DNA of 61,484 bases, the filler included, from Basidiobolus ranarum (lineage: Eukaryota), in the NCBI GenBank assembly GCA_040143965.1. It is 14 parts of 14 records of this genome, joined end to end, with 100 filler letters (N's around TTAATTAATTAA, not from the genome) between each part and the next. Parts side by side here need not be neighbours in the genome. Positions count along the whole stretch, not along the records: positions 48,423 to 52,711 come from JASJQH010008904.1; positions 52,812 to 57,098 come from JASJQH010008905.1; positions 57,199 to 61,484 come from JASJQH010008906.1; 11 more parts are not named here. One strand, 5' to 3'. This document shows, one piece after another, positions 49,133 to 61,484 of this stretch (positions within the stretch are counted from its first letter, which is position 1; every line of letters begins with the position of its first letter). The notes below the pieces were generated by a model. That model ran no database searches, had not been told where the DNA came from, and saw nothing but the letters and a program-made list of their open reading frames with translations. The position numbers and the translations under genes are program-made.

Positions 49133-52100
49133 CTAGGCTAGTCCTACCTCCTTAACAGCCAAGTATTCTTCATCTTCAACCATATAACAACTAGGATCCA
49201 GAACGTCAACGATCGTATAAGGATTCCTAAATTGTTTAATATCACATATAAGCGGGATCTGAACATCACAGCAGATATGAGCCCATATGTACCTTCCGAT
49301 ACATAGATTCAAAATCTCATCGTTATACAGTCGTTCAGGAATGTGCGGCTTCTGATTGTTACGAGGTTCTTTCATAAATTGGCTCATCTCTTCTCTTGTG
49401 AAGTGATTTCTTGGATTTCGATGGTCAACTACACGGCTGAATGTGTGAAAGTAATTTTTAGTTCTTGGAATTCGTAGAATGCATATATATGTCTTCACTG
49501 AGACTCAGTACGCAAATAGAGCAATCTTATGTATGTTGTAACGAAACAAGCGCTCTTCAAAAGTATCTGCAGTGATTAATCGGTATACGTAAACTTCTTT
49601 CTTCTGACCATATCGATACACCTGGTGAATGAATAACGGTCAAGAGGTTTAGAAATCACAAAAAAACAAGAGTAGGATATACCCTGGCTATTGCTTGTTC
49701 ATCAACACTACACAATTGACTATCAATACCAAATTGTACTAATGTTTACCATTTGAGCAAATGTGTACCTTGGATTCCAACCGACATCGCAGATGACCAC
49801 TCGGTTTGCTGCTGTTAAGTTATTCCCTAAAGATCCAACCTATAGGGTAAGCTATTAGAGTGGTGTCCTTTCTATATGGTGGCATGCTAACTTATTCACC
49901 CAGCTTGAGATTAAGAGAGCGTCATATTCTTCCATTTTGTTGAATAGGTCAATAATATGCTGGCGTTGCTGTAAAAGAATAGCTCAATTTAAAAGTAGTT
50001 GGAGTTTACTCAGACGTTAAATAGTCTTGGAAGTGCCATTACCGACAAAGGAACATTTCCATCCAATCTCAAGTATCTAATCTTCGGACCAGGCTTTGAT
50101 GCTATAGCATTCTCAATGAAATCTAAACCAGAGATTGATTTACATCGTGGGATATATAGCGGTTCTTAGAATAGCAGACGTACTTAGCATTGGGATACTT
50201 CTTGAAAATACCAATACTTTATCTCCATCTTTTTTACTGAAAGCAAGGATTGTCATCAAAATCCGGATCTTATTTGAATGGCTGATGTTTTCGATATCTA
50301 CATATCCGAGCTTGAGTTTGAGTAAACAATAGATCTCTAGAGCACCAAAGCCCTACTTACCCGGGCGACTTAGAAATTGAGACAGATCAGTCCAAGTTCG
50401 GGAGAGCTTGGTTGCTTCTCTAGAGTACCAATACGACTTAATAATATTCCAATGCATTAATTTGGTCATATCTGAGAATAGTTACTCTGTCACATTCTCT
50501 AGATCTGCTACGTTGTCATTTTGATTTTCCATCTCAACTCCAAGTTCGTATTCAAATTGCTGCTTCATAGTAAGTTCACTTTCCTTCGTACACGCATATT
50601 AGTCACGGTCAAACCTTAACTACAGCTGGATGATCGCATATTCGAAGAAGCATGTGGGCCCTTATGAGTATGCTCGGCCGCATGGTTGATCCGTTTTTGC
50701 ACCAAGCTAAAAAACTCTAATTCGACGTAAGAACTCAGGCTCAAAGGTTCAACCTATAGACATTAGACTCTAGAAACCTTATACATGTTCATTTGAATAT
50801 TGGTCAGCCGAGATACGATGACCACTTGATGTCTCTTCGGCAGATCTTTTTCGAGTACAGTGTTGGATTCCCTATGAGTAATTAGTGAGCAATGGCTGTG
50901 AATTTTACATTGATTCTGAAATATTCAACCGTTGAACTGCTGGCCCAATATGATCTCTTAACGAAGCGAGTCTTGAGGCGGATATCTTTGAGCATTCAGT
51001 ACTGTCTATTTCTGCAGAGAACAGGACACAGTAATACCTACCTGCTTCTCCGCCATGGTGCTCTCTGGGAACAGTCCTTCTGTGATAGGTAGAATGTACT
51101 GATGGCGAAATTCGAAAAGTGGACCTAGATAATTTTGAGCGACAAAGTTGATCTGGGAACCAAAGCATTTGGCATGAATGTTTGTCTCGATTAACCGGAA
51201 ATACAACGATATTACCATGGTCCAGTACTCTTCCTAAAACAGGAACTTTGTTGGCTGGCATTCATCACTACAAAACATAACCCCCTCTTACCAAACGATT
51301 TTGTAATGGATATCCTGTGAGACAGATTCGATTTTGTGTCTGGATTTTCTTCATAGCAACAGCAATTTTGGTCTAATCCAACATTTACCATTAATGTCGG
51401 TATATTAGTAAATAGGCCAAGTCAGTGGTACCTTCTCATTCTTCAATATATGACTCTCGTCCGCTGTGACTAGGCTTGGAGCTTGAGTTAAGATTTGCCG
51501 AGTGTTTTCTAGCCTAGTCCCCAGCCTATCCCTCTCATCACGAATGACAAGTTCTCGAAAGCTTTGATAGCTCATTATCAGGATCTCTCCCTGTTTAGCC
51601 CACTCACAAATTGCTCGATGTTTCTGGTCCAGGCGACTGGCTATATCAGTTAGAAAATAAAAAGTGTTAATGAGGATTCAGACCAGAGTGATTGTTGTTG
51701 GTACTAACGGAGCTTTTGAACTGATGCAATAGCCTTACTATCGGGTGCATCCACATCCTTCAGCCACTTGGTGAATTCTGCTTCCCAGTTATCAACAAGT
51801 GTAGGCGGACATAAGATCAAAACTTTAAGGCTCTAAATATTCCAATATTAGAGCAGCCATCAAATTTAGCAGTTGATTTGCAAACAACACACGTGAAGAT
51901 TCCTTGGAATATCATTGTTTCCCCTTTTTACTTCGCGAAATAAAGTATACAAGAAGGTTATCACTTGAAACGTCTTTCCTAATCAAAATGACAGCAATTA
52001 GATAAAACTAAATTACTGATATGCCACTCTACTTGCCTAAACCCATAGCCTGCGAGAGTACACATCCGTGCTGATTGGCCTGCACTATGCTTCTCCATAG

Positions 52101-52711
52101 AAATTGAACCCCTCGTATCTTCAAAAACCCGTCGAAACACTAAGTCAGGTGGAGAGATGGTATCATTCATTATATACTTACTTGATGCTCTTTCAAAGAT
52201 CTAGTCAACTTGGGGTTGATCCAAACATCTACTTGATTCTGGTCGTGACCGTAGTTGATCATTACCTAAATGAAAGCTGTGTGAATATATAGGCGCTTGT
52301 AGTGCCAATTTGAACAATCTTATATCAACTTGGCTTTGCTTCTCTGGCTTATATACCAGTCTGGAAACATGGTTAGAACGATGCAATCGATGTGTTTAGA
52401 GTAAAAGAGCTTCTTACCTTCGACAAGCAAATGGATCAGGAAAGGTTTTTCTAAGGAATGGTTCACTTTCTTCATTACAATCCTCATCCGAAAGATTTTG
52501 CTCTGTTGGTTCGTTGATATCTAATAAATAAGAGTCCTCCCCCTTGACTTGTCTGTCTCTCATCCTGGTTGCCTCAGACAGAGAGCTGCTGGCATGGAGA
52601 TCCCCACCTTCAAGTTCACCCGAAATGTGGTCCTGGCTTTCTGATATACTTTCCTCAAGTCTTCTTTCGGTGCTTGAATCGTGCTCACTACTTCTAGATA
52701 GCGATCGTTTG
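49133..52711 (-). CDS. SNF2-family helicase, ATRX/RAD54L2-like, many short introns, 5' truncated, 3' end uncertain
   Basis: GVQFLW, GCVLSQAMGLGKTFQVI, LCPPTLVDNW, ADESHILKN, RICLTGYPLQN, DKVLVFS, YLRLDG, GSLGNNLTAANRVVICDVGWNP, QAIARVYRYGQKKEVYVYRL, RVVD..RNHFT. Confidence 0.9.
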
Positions 52712-52811
52712 NNNNNNNNNNNNNNNNNNNNNNNNNNNNNNNNNNNNNNNNNNNNTTAATTAATTAANNNNNNNNNNNNNNNNNNNNNNNNNNNNNNNNN
52801 NNNNNNNNNNN

Positions 52812-54126
52812 ATCACCATGACAAACTAGCAGAGCAGAATATGTTTTGTACCATTAAACATACACAATGACCTGAAACTGCTTGGGTTCATGAAAATAGA
52901 AATTTATAGGAAAACTAGCTAACAAAAGACTCTGAATGTGAGAGCTGCTCTCACCTGCTGTGATGATGAAAAGTTTAACATGTTGGATACTGTTTGGAAT
53001 CTTGCCCCACATCATCTTGATTTTAGCCAATTGTGAAAAACCAAAAACAAAGTGTTACTCAGAGGGTTCTTGACTAATTTCATGTGGCTTATCTTTGTTT
53101 TTTTCTAGCAAATGTAATTGTGCTTGTTTGGGCCTATTCATGAAATATCTCAATCATATACACAAAAATTGACTTGGAAAAGACCAAAATGCAGATAAAG
53201 AGATACTTAAGAAGCAGGTAGCTGTAAACCCAAGAGAAAAGAAAGAGATCAAGTGGGTTTAGGCTCTACTGTCCTACTTACCAAATGATTAACACCATTA
53301 CGAAGAACTGTGTTTCCAGAGTTATATATACCAGCAAATATATTACTAAAAAAACTTGAATTTACCTTGGAACCAAGTACACCAGTTGGAACAGTGATCA
53401 ATTTGGATATTTGTCAAACACCTGGCATCTCCAAACAAGGCAAAACACCAGCAAACAAAACTCACAGCCCTCCAGCCTCAATGGGTAATTTAGAAAGATT
53501 TGATATTAGCCCCAAACTTAAACACAACCAAAAAGCTGCACAAATATCACAAAGCATCCTGAATAGTGTCATACTACAAGGACATATAAAAGTACCAAAA
53601 ATGCTTGAGGAGTATTTTCAAAAGGATGAAGGGAAAAACACAATGCAAGTATACAGAAAGTGACTTCAGAAGAAGAATATTCAACTTGACATTCAGGCCT
53701 GTGTTGACCATGCATATATCTGGGAAGACCTTAATAGACAGTGGCACAATATTGCAGGGCATCAGAGTGGCACAAACTTGTGTTGGCTCCAAGCTAAACC
53801 TTGGGTATTAAGAACCCTATAAATATTCAGGAAAATATATTAAAGAAACTAGAGATTTTGAAGGAGGCAAATCAATGTTTAAATAGTAAACATGTAAAAT
53901 TTGAGTTACACTTTTTGCACATGTGGCAGTCCATTGCTTTCTGAGATGGTAGCAAATCATGTACAACTTTTTTGTAAGATCTTGCAATCTCAGTCTTGCA
54001 GCCAAAAATATATTCAAAATCAAATCTAGCTTGACAATTTTGTGCCTCTAAGTAAATGGTCAATCCAAAATTGATTAATATTGTGACTTTCTTCTTACAG
54101 TGACAATCCTCAATTTTCTGTTAGGG
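52812..54126 (-). mobile_element. CACTA left arm (ORF2 on +)
   Basis: Homologous to about 23500-24881; ends TTTTCTGTTAGGG. Confidence 0.85.
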
Positions 54127-55040
54127 GTAACACCAAAGCACTGCACAAAATTTGAAGAGAATCTGTTGACTAGTTCAAAAGTTAGCACCAATTTTGTGAG
54201 CATTAGAAAGTTCTGAATACATCCTAGTGTTGATTTTTGTAATGGCTACCTTGAAATGGTTTCTGCTACATCAATAATTCATCAAATCTTAAGATTTTTG
54301 CATGGTTACTAAGCTCAAACTCAGGAGTTCATGATCATAGTTGAAGTTGGTGTAAGCAGTTAAGTATTGTTGCAGTTGTGAGTGATTCAAGATGTACATT
54401 TCTTCCTGATCAGTAAAAATATAATAAGATAACATCAGATTATATTCATCTTGCTTAATATATGCAAGATATTGCTGTAATATTTCCCAGACTACACCAT
54501 CCTTTGTGATACAATATTTCAATATTCCAACACTGTACATATCAAAGGTACTGTCACAATCTAGAGGAGCGGAATATGTGGTGGACCATTAAATCTACTC
54601 AAATAGCCAATATTGCCCCAGCATATGAAAGTTGAAAACTCATAGGAAGACCTGCAAGCCAAAAGATTCTGAATGACAGAGCTGCTGTCACTTGCTCTGA
54701 AGATGAATGGCCTGAAATAATGGAAGCCGTGTGGATTATTTCCTGAAACTACCTTGATATGAGTGAATTATGGAAAAAGCAAAGACTGGGCATTGTTCAA
54801 AGGGTCCTTGACTTGTTTCTTGTGGCTTATTCTGGGTTATAGCAAGCAAATGGCCATTGTGCAAGTATAGGCCTATTTATGAAACATTTTAAAAATGTAA
54901 ACAGTTATTGACTTGAAAAAAAAGAAAGGCACCTAATGTTACACTCAAGGAGCCAAAATCTACTAGACTCAAGGGAAAGGCAAGTGAGCCAATGATTCTA
55001 GGCTCCACTATTTCACTTATCAAATTCCCCACACTGCAAT

Positions 55041-55239
55041 CCCTGACAAAAAAACTTAGATTTCCATATCATACTATTTTCTTATTGTTCTATAATTGTA
55101 TCATGCTGAAATTGAAACAAGATTCTTATGGCTTCTATACCAGTCTTTTTACCTCCCATCTTCTTATGGTATTTCTACACCTATATTTGTGTTTTCTCTG
55201 GTTTTCCACTGGTAGTCATTCCCATATTTTTTCATAGGA
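55041..55239. mobile_element. Second, inverted copy of the CMC MITE, inserted in an ORF2 fragment
   Basis: CCCTGACAAAAAAA...CATTCCCATATTTTTTCATAGGA is the reverse complement of 16136-16303, somewhat longer; TSD not clean. Confidence 0.75.
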
Positions 55240-55269
55240 TAACAAAGATCTGTATTAACTCAAACAACG

Positions 55270-57020
55270 TAATAGCATTGACACTTTGCAGATAGCTGAT
55301 CCATGTTACAGTTCACAATGACAATAAGCTCTTGGATTATGGCAAACTTCCATCAAGAATTCTAGTAAAATATGCCCAACTTGCAGTCAGCAAATGTCCT
55401 GGCACAAGTAAATATCTCATTGCCTGAATAGATTACCCCACAACTAAAATATTAGATGTTGTATCTTGATCTGTTGCACCAAGAAGGCTATTTTGCAGCT
55501 TTCCTGGAAGTAACATCAATTATCATACAAACAAATTAGTATAAGTTATATTGGTACTTATCATGAGTCTGTAAATGAGGTTTTGTTACTGTCATTGTGC
55601 TCAAACTATGCAATAACTTATTAGCACGTTGAAAAGCACCCTTTCTAGGAAGTTTGGTATCCTCTGCAGTCTCCCTAATCCATTGCATTACATCCTTCCC
55701 TGTTATGCTGATATATTGCTTAGAATATTTGCATATGGTAACACCAATAATTTCACATGGAGCATTATTTCACTAGAGGTGCACTCCATTGGCAACTCCC
55801 AGAATGTAAAGCAAGGGCCTGAAATTTCTACGCATTGCAAAGAGGCAGCAGGGAATGTATTTAATACCAGCATGGATTTAGTCTTTCTTCTTCAAAATTG
55901 TATCATGCTTTTCACTTCCAATTACTAAATCTTTGTTCAGTTGCCCTAAAGAAAATAAAATCAATTTAATATAGATTAGTTCAATCCTTCTGGCTTGTAA
56001 AACTGTCAGAGAAACATCACAATATTTGCAGCTTGTATTCTGCCAGGGATTTTGATGATCAGATGATGGCTTTGTCAAAATATTTTGATGGTAATCTTAC
56101 ATAGTAAAATATTGATCCTCCTATTTGGCTTGCTTCATGCAATTTCCAACAGTTTTGGCAAAATCTGATTTTTGAATGGCAAACTACATGGTTTGCCACT
56201 CTAGGAATTCAAATTGATATGCATGCCTATATTTAGAAATTTTGGGCTTTTATTCCAGTCAGAATAACAATCAAGAAATACAAGAATTTTGTTGCATTTA
56301 GTCTCAACATATGCACCTATTTGACTGTTCAGACATAACTCAACAACATATACCATTACGATCTTGATACAGTCAATAAGCTGCCATTACACCATTGAAA
56401 TCCCTGGCAACATGCAGGCCACCAATACTGTAGCAGTCCTCTGACAGTTTTGCAATGAAAAAGGATGGATCCAATGAAAATTAAACTGTGTCTATTTTTC
56501 CTAGGGTACCAGATGCTGAGGTGCCCAAAGTTTCAAAGCCTCAACTGTAATCCCAATAAAAAATCAAATCAATTTGATCTGGATTGAATCTGCCCTGTTG
56601 AAATGCAAAACTGTCATAGTACCAGCATATTGTAGGTGGCTTACATTCTGCAAGAGATTTTCATGGCAAGACAGCAGCTTCCTGACAGTATTTTGTTGGT
56701 TTTCATATGTGATAAAATTTTGATTTTCATATTTTTCATATGTTATGTAATTTCCAAAATATTTGCAAAAAACTAATTTACAAATAGTAATTACTGGGTT
56801 TACCGCTATAGGAATTTAAATTAATATGCACGCCTTTATTTAGATATTTCAAGCTTAGTATTCTAGCTATAATGAGAATCAAAAAATAAAGAGTCCTTTG
56901 TGTTTAGTCCCTTCATATGCACATACTTGACTGATCAGACATAACTCAACAACATCAATATGCTTTACCAGTAAACTAATGGTGGAAAAATTGCTAAACA
57001 TCTGAAACTTTGAATAGTAG
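55270..57020 (-). mobile_element. Cluster of old CACTA right-arm fragments
   Basis: Transposase C-terminal pieces; right termini at 55944, 56506 (opposite orientation) and 56552. Confidence 0.8.
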
Positions 57021-57198
57021 AATTGTTCCATTTTATTGAGCCAGATCAGGCCAGCTAAAAAGTGTGCCAGCACAAATTGGCATGATTGGGCACTATCCNN
57101 NNNNNNNNNNNNNNNNNNNNNNNNNNNNNNNNNNNNNNNNNNTTAATTAATTAANNNNNNNNNNNNNNNNNNNNNNNNNNNNNNNNNNNNNNNNNNNN

Positions 57199-57411
57199 GT
57201 ATATTCTGTTTCACCTTGCAATATCTATATAAGCCCCATGTATACCTTGATCAGACCTCAGTCTGATCAATGCCAGTTGTCAATAAAGATTCTTGCCAAA
57301 GTATCTTTCTTGTCTAGTCTTGTCTTGTCTTGCAGTCTACACCCAAGTACTCTCCTGTCTTCTAGCCTCTTGTTGTTGTTTCCAGTCCTTGTCCAGTTCC
57401 TTATTGTGACA
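57199..57411 (+). mobile_element. Chromovirus LTR 3' half
   Basis: TATATAAG at 57226, hairpin at 57247-57270, ends TTATTGTGACA. Confidence 0.85.
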
Positions 57412-59260
57412 AAAGCATTCAAAACCTAAATATAAATTGGCTTCTAAGCTACAGCATGCTGGCTGAAAAGGGAAAAAACTGGCATGAACAGAGGCCTTAA
57501 TTGATCAGCAGACTAGCAGTCCACTAGCCACCTTGGAAGTCATTAACATGCAGCAGACTAAATCAAGTAATGATGAAGCATTTTGCCATTTACCAGCTGT
57601 GTTCCTTGTCAGCCATAGTATGAGTGAAGAGAATATAATGCCCCAATTATGTAGTAAATGAATAGCTGAGCATAGTTCAACAGGAATACCATCAAGACCA
57701 TCAACTTCCAAATGCCTACTTTGCCAACTATTGAGCACCCCTCTGTAGATAATTTGGATAGATTTATTACAACAAGGGAATCTCAGGCAGAACACCATAA
57801 AGATTTGTATTCAACCATAACTAAAAGCTAAGAAGTTTCTATACAGGCCATGACAAGCAATGATGCCATAATTTTGCAGTTCATTCAGCATTCTGAAGCA
57901 GCTAGCCAATGGTTAATGAGTAACTCAACAACTATGCAAGATCTTCAAAATGCTGTACTTGAGCTACAGCAAAATGCCACTGCCTCTGTCCATTCTCATT
58001 TAGGATTTCCATCAATCCCACACTATGCATATGAGCATTTATTGGGCCAATCTAGCAGAGCAGAATATGTGTTGGACCATTAATGCTAGACCACAACCTG
58101 ATATTTCTTAAGAACATGACAGTAGAAATCTCATAAGAAAGCCAGCAAACTAGAACACTCTGAATACCAGAGCTGCCATCACTTGCTCCAACAATGAGTG
58201 ATTTAACAATCTGGAAACTGTATGGAATCTTGCCTGAAATAACCTCAATTTGAGCCAATTGTGGAAAACCAAAAACCAGGCATTACTCTAAAGGTGCTTG
58301 ACTTCCTACCTGTGGCTTATCCTAGGTTTTTGTATACAAATGGGAATTGGATAAGTATAGGCGTATTCATGAAACGTCTTAAAAATGTATGCAATTAATG
58401 ACTTGGTAAAGAAATAAAAGCAGCTAAAGAAGTACTCAAGGAGCAGAAAGTTATATACCCAAGGGAAAAGCAAAGGGGCCAGTGAGTTTTGGAACAACTG
58501 TCTCACATATCAAAAAACTTCTTCATATGTTTACAAATATCAGTATTTCCAGACTCCTATATACTGGTAAAAAGGCTTATTTTACCATGGAACCAGGTAT
58601 GCCAGTTGGATGAGTGCTAAATTTAGAAGTTTATCCAACACTTGGCACCTCTCAACAAGCCAAAATACAATCAAATAAAACTCATTGCTCTCCATCCTCA
58701 ATTGGTACTTTTCAACGTATTAACATTAGCCCCAAACTTAAAGATAAGCAAAAGCAACATAATCACTGCAAAGCACCCTCAGTAGTGTCTCACTACCAGG
58801 ATGTATAAAAATAATAACAGTGCTTGAGGAGTGTTTTGAAAAGTATGAAGGGAGAAACATAGTGTAAGGATGCAGAAAGCGGATTTACAAGAAGAACATT
58901 CAACTTGACATTCAGTTTGGTGTTGACAATGCATATATCTGGGAAGAACCTAATATAGAATGGCACAATATTGCAGGGTATCTGCCAGATAGCAAGAAGA
59001 ATGTTGATTCAGCAATGTTAATACAATGGTGGGCTTTGATTGAGATATTGATACAAACTTGTGTTGGATACAAGTTCAACCTTGGGTATGAAGAGCTCTA
59101 TAAAAATATTCAGGAGATATATCAAAGAATCTAGGGATTTTGAAGATGACAAATTAGAGTTCAAGTGATACATGTGTAAAATTTGAGATATGTTTCTAGC
59201 ACATGCGTTAATCTATAGTTCTCTAAGATTGTAGCCAATCATTTGAAATTTTTGTTAGGG
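57412..59260 (-). mobile_element. CACTA left arm (ORF2 on +) with shortened terminus
   Basis: Homologous to about 22890-24730; ends TTTTGTTAGGG. Confidence 0.85.
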
Positions 59261-59439
59261 TGTAAACCTAAGACCATATTATCAATGGGGTCAGCTAGAG
59301 TCAAAGCTCCCCATCAGACACTATACACTTACTATTCCAGAACACTCTAGTACTACTTACTTAGCTCTATTGTGGAAAATGCAGTCTGAAAGAATTATAC
59401 AAGATAGCTTCAAAGTTTGAATTAATAGGGATAATGATC

Positions 59440-61270
59440 AAAAATTTCAGGATGCCATCATGTTATACCAAGGCTTCCATCAACGTTCACTCATCTTGGC
59501 ATTTGTTTAATTGCAAAGACTGGAAATATTGTATATGGATATATTTGAGTAGAATCTTGAAATGATTTCTACCTGATAAGTGCTGGCAACATTGGGAGTT
59601 GTTTGTGGATATTATTAACACACTTTTACAGCCTCAACTCACATTAGCTGATATCATGCTGATACAGCAGCTGTGTTGAGGCTTTGTATTTGGATACTCC
59701 AGACTTTACTATGGGCTTAAGAAGATAGACTCCAGCTATGCCAGTGTTCTGTACATTCTCTGCTCCATCTTTCATAATGGTTAGAGATCATAGGACCTTG
59801 CTATGCTTCCTGGCAGTTCTCAATGGTGCCTACCTTTTGTGAAATGATCCACTGTATTTAAGCAGCAATATTACAATATGCCAATTGGATTAACAATGTA
59901 ACAGCAAAATCAAGAAGAATGGAATGTGTTGGGTTAGGAAGATTCCAGACTTCAAACACATAGTTATATTCAATATGCCCATGGGTTTTGTTTTGGTCAA
60001 GACAATTAGAGCAACAAAATCCAGTCCATCATGCAGTAGGTACCACTATAACTTGAACTATTTTGTTCTTGCAATAATGTGAAGGCATTTCTAGGAAAGT
60101 TGCAAGATAGACTTTGTGGTGAAAGAGATCAAGATATGCAGTATTATTGTTTGAGGCATGGAGTAATAGATCCAACCAATGACACTTCAGTTGATGACAG
60201 GACATTTGTCAATTGCTGATTGGGATATTGTGGCTGAATATTTTATGACAATTTGCCAACATCAAAGTGATCTGATTATTGAGGAGTGGGGGGTTCAATC
60301 CAATCTTAGCAAGCTGGTGTTTATTGGTTTTCTTACACTTTTATCACTGTTGATTGGTAACTTTTGCTTGCCACAGACCTGGTTCAAGTGGGAATCACTT
60401 GTCAATTGTCCCACTTGTGATGCTTTAGTAGTTAAACTATCTTCATGTCCAAATGGTTATTTTGCTTTGATTGGAGATATGAAAAGCCTGACTTATTATG
60501 GCTCAAGTAAGCACTATAGTCAGCATTACTCTTTTGGAATTGGAGTGTTTCCCAAAAAACATCTATCTTTCTCTTCCAAGCTCTTGGAGATTGTGTAAGC
60601 CCTAGAGTGTTTTCCAGAGTATGCAACCTTTTTTAGAGTTTTCTTGGTCCCCCATCTATTTGGTAAAGGTACTACAACTTATGGCATGGTATTGGGCACT
60701 TTAGTAGGCTAAATTATGGTTGAAGGGTCTAAAAGAGAGCAATTTTGTTCAATGTTTTGGATTGAATATATTTAAATGGCTGCATCAGGAGAAAATTGAT
60801 TTTTGTCATCATCTGAGATCATTGTGAGTGAAAATATGTCATTTTCATTGAACCAAATATCCCTGGTCTTGATTGGTTGTGAAATTTTGGTATCATAGAG
60901 TGTTTAGGCCTTAGTCTGAGTACAATAACCCAGAAATATGAGTTTTTTACTTTGTGGATCAAATATAGACCAATTTTGGTCATAATTTTGACATGAGCAA
61001 TGCATCCAAATGTTTTATAACAGGTTTAACTCCAAACCAAGCTTGATATGGTGTAGAGTTGGACAGACTTCCAGTAAGGCTCCTATTTTTCAGATATATA
61101 GCCATAGCAACAGATTTGGCCAAATTGTTACAAAATAAACTTTGTGCATTTATCATTGATCTTGCCATTTCTATCATAGTCCTGTTAGCTCTTTCAGCAA
61201 CTCCATCTTGTTGAGGTGAATAAGGGGCTCCAGTTTCTTGCTTAATTCCATGAACTTTGCAAGAGTGATT
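59440..61270. mobile_element. Rearranged CACTA transposase fragments (+, to about 60490) and copia RT/integrase fragments (-)
   Basis: GPCYASWQFSM and SCPNGYFAL CACTA motifs; PYSPQQDGVAERANRTMIEMARSM copia integrase. Confidence 0.8.
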
Positions 61271-61301
61271 AAAAAGTTTTGAAGTATTTCTCCACCATTA
61301 T

Positions 61302-61484
61302 CCCTAACAAAAATAAAATCGATTTGATCCGGATCGGATCCACCCTCCAAAATAGCAAAACCGTCAGAGAACTGTCACAATATTGTTGGCTTGCATTCTG
61401 CCAGGGATTTTGATGGTGTGACGGCGGTTTCTTGACGGTATCTTGGCGGTATTCATACATGTTAAATATTGATCCTCAAATTTG
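61302..61484 (-). mobile_element. Young CACTA right end retaining CpGs
   Basis: CCCTAACAAAAATAAAATCGATTTGATCCGGATCGGATCC with intact ACCGTCA/TGACGG motifs. Confidence 0.9.

Noticed and set aside
4313..57198. Regularly spaced TTAATTAATTAA motif about every 4.4 kb
   Set aside because: Artificial linker between length-sorted contigs, not a biological array; ORFs running into X residues end artefactually.
1..61484. CRISPR array or prokaryotic defence island
   Set aside because: No repeat-spacer array or operon structure; spliceosomal introns and LTR elements show the DNA is eukaryotic.

Overview
This is not one locus. It is 14 unlinked eukaryotic contigs of 4312 down to 4286 bp, sorted by length and joined by a 100-bp artificial linker (44 N + TTAATTAATTAA + 44 N), so adjacency across linkers carries no information. 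Intron-rich genes (DASH subunit DAD3, VAMP7, MIC10, TFIIA-gamma, SAH hydrolase, an ATRX-like SNF2 helicase, Hsp70 and FAS1 3' ends) indicate a fungus, probably an early-diverging lineage (inference). Ten contigs are nested, decayed and almost CpG-free transposons: a high-copy CACTA/CMC DNA transposon with CCCTA...TAGGG termini, Ty1/copia elements with a half-tRNAiMet primer site, and a Ty3/gypsy chromovirus. The most interesting result is the CACTA family reconstructed from overlapping copies (about 5.2 kb). It carries a roughly 580-aa accessory ORF of unrecognised family, divergent from the transposase, with a conserved ATGAGTCAT (GCN4/AP-1-type) site in the 211-bp spacer, subterminal TGACGG repeats and a small MITE with the same termini. 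Other leads: CpG-deamination signatures between young and old copies, a probable self-priming chromovirus, and two intronless orphan secreted proteins. No CRISPR array or prokaryotic defence system is present. All family calls come from motif recognition by eye; TE boundaries are approximate unless termini are quoted.
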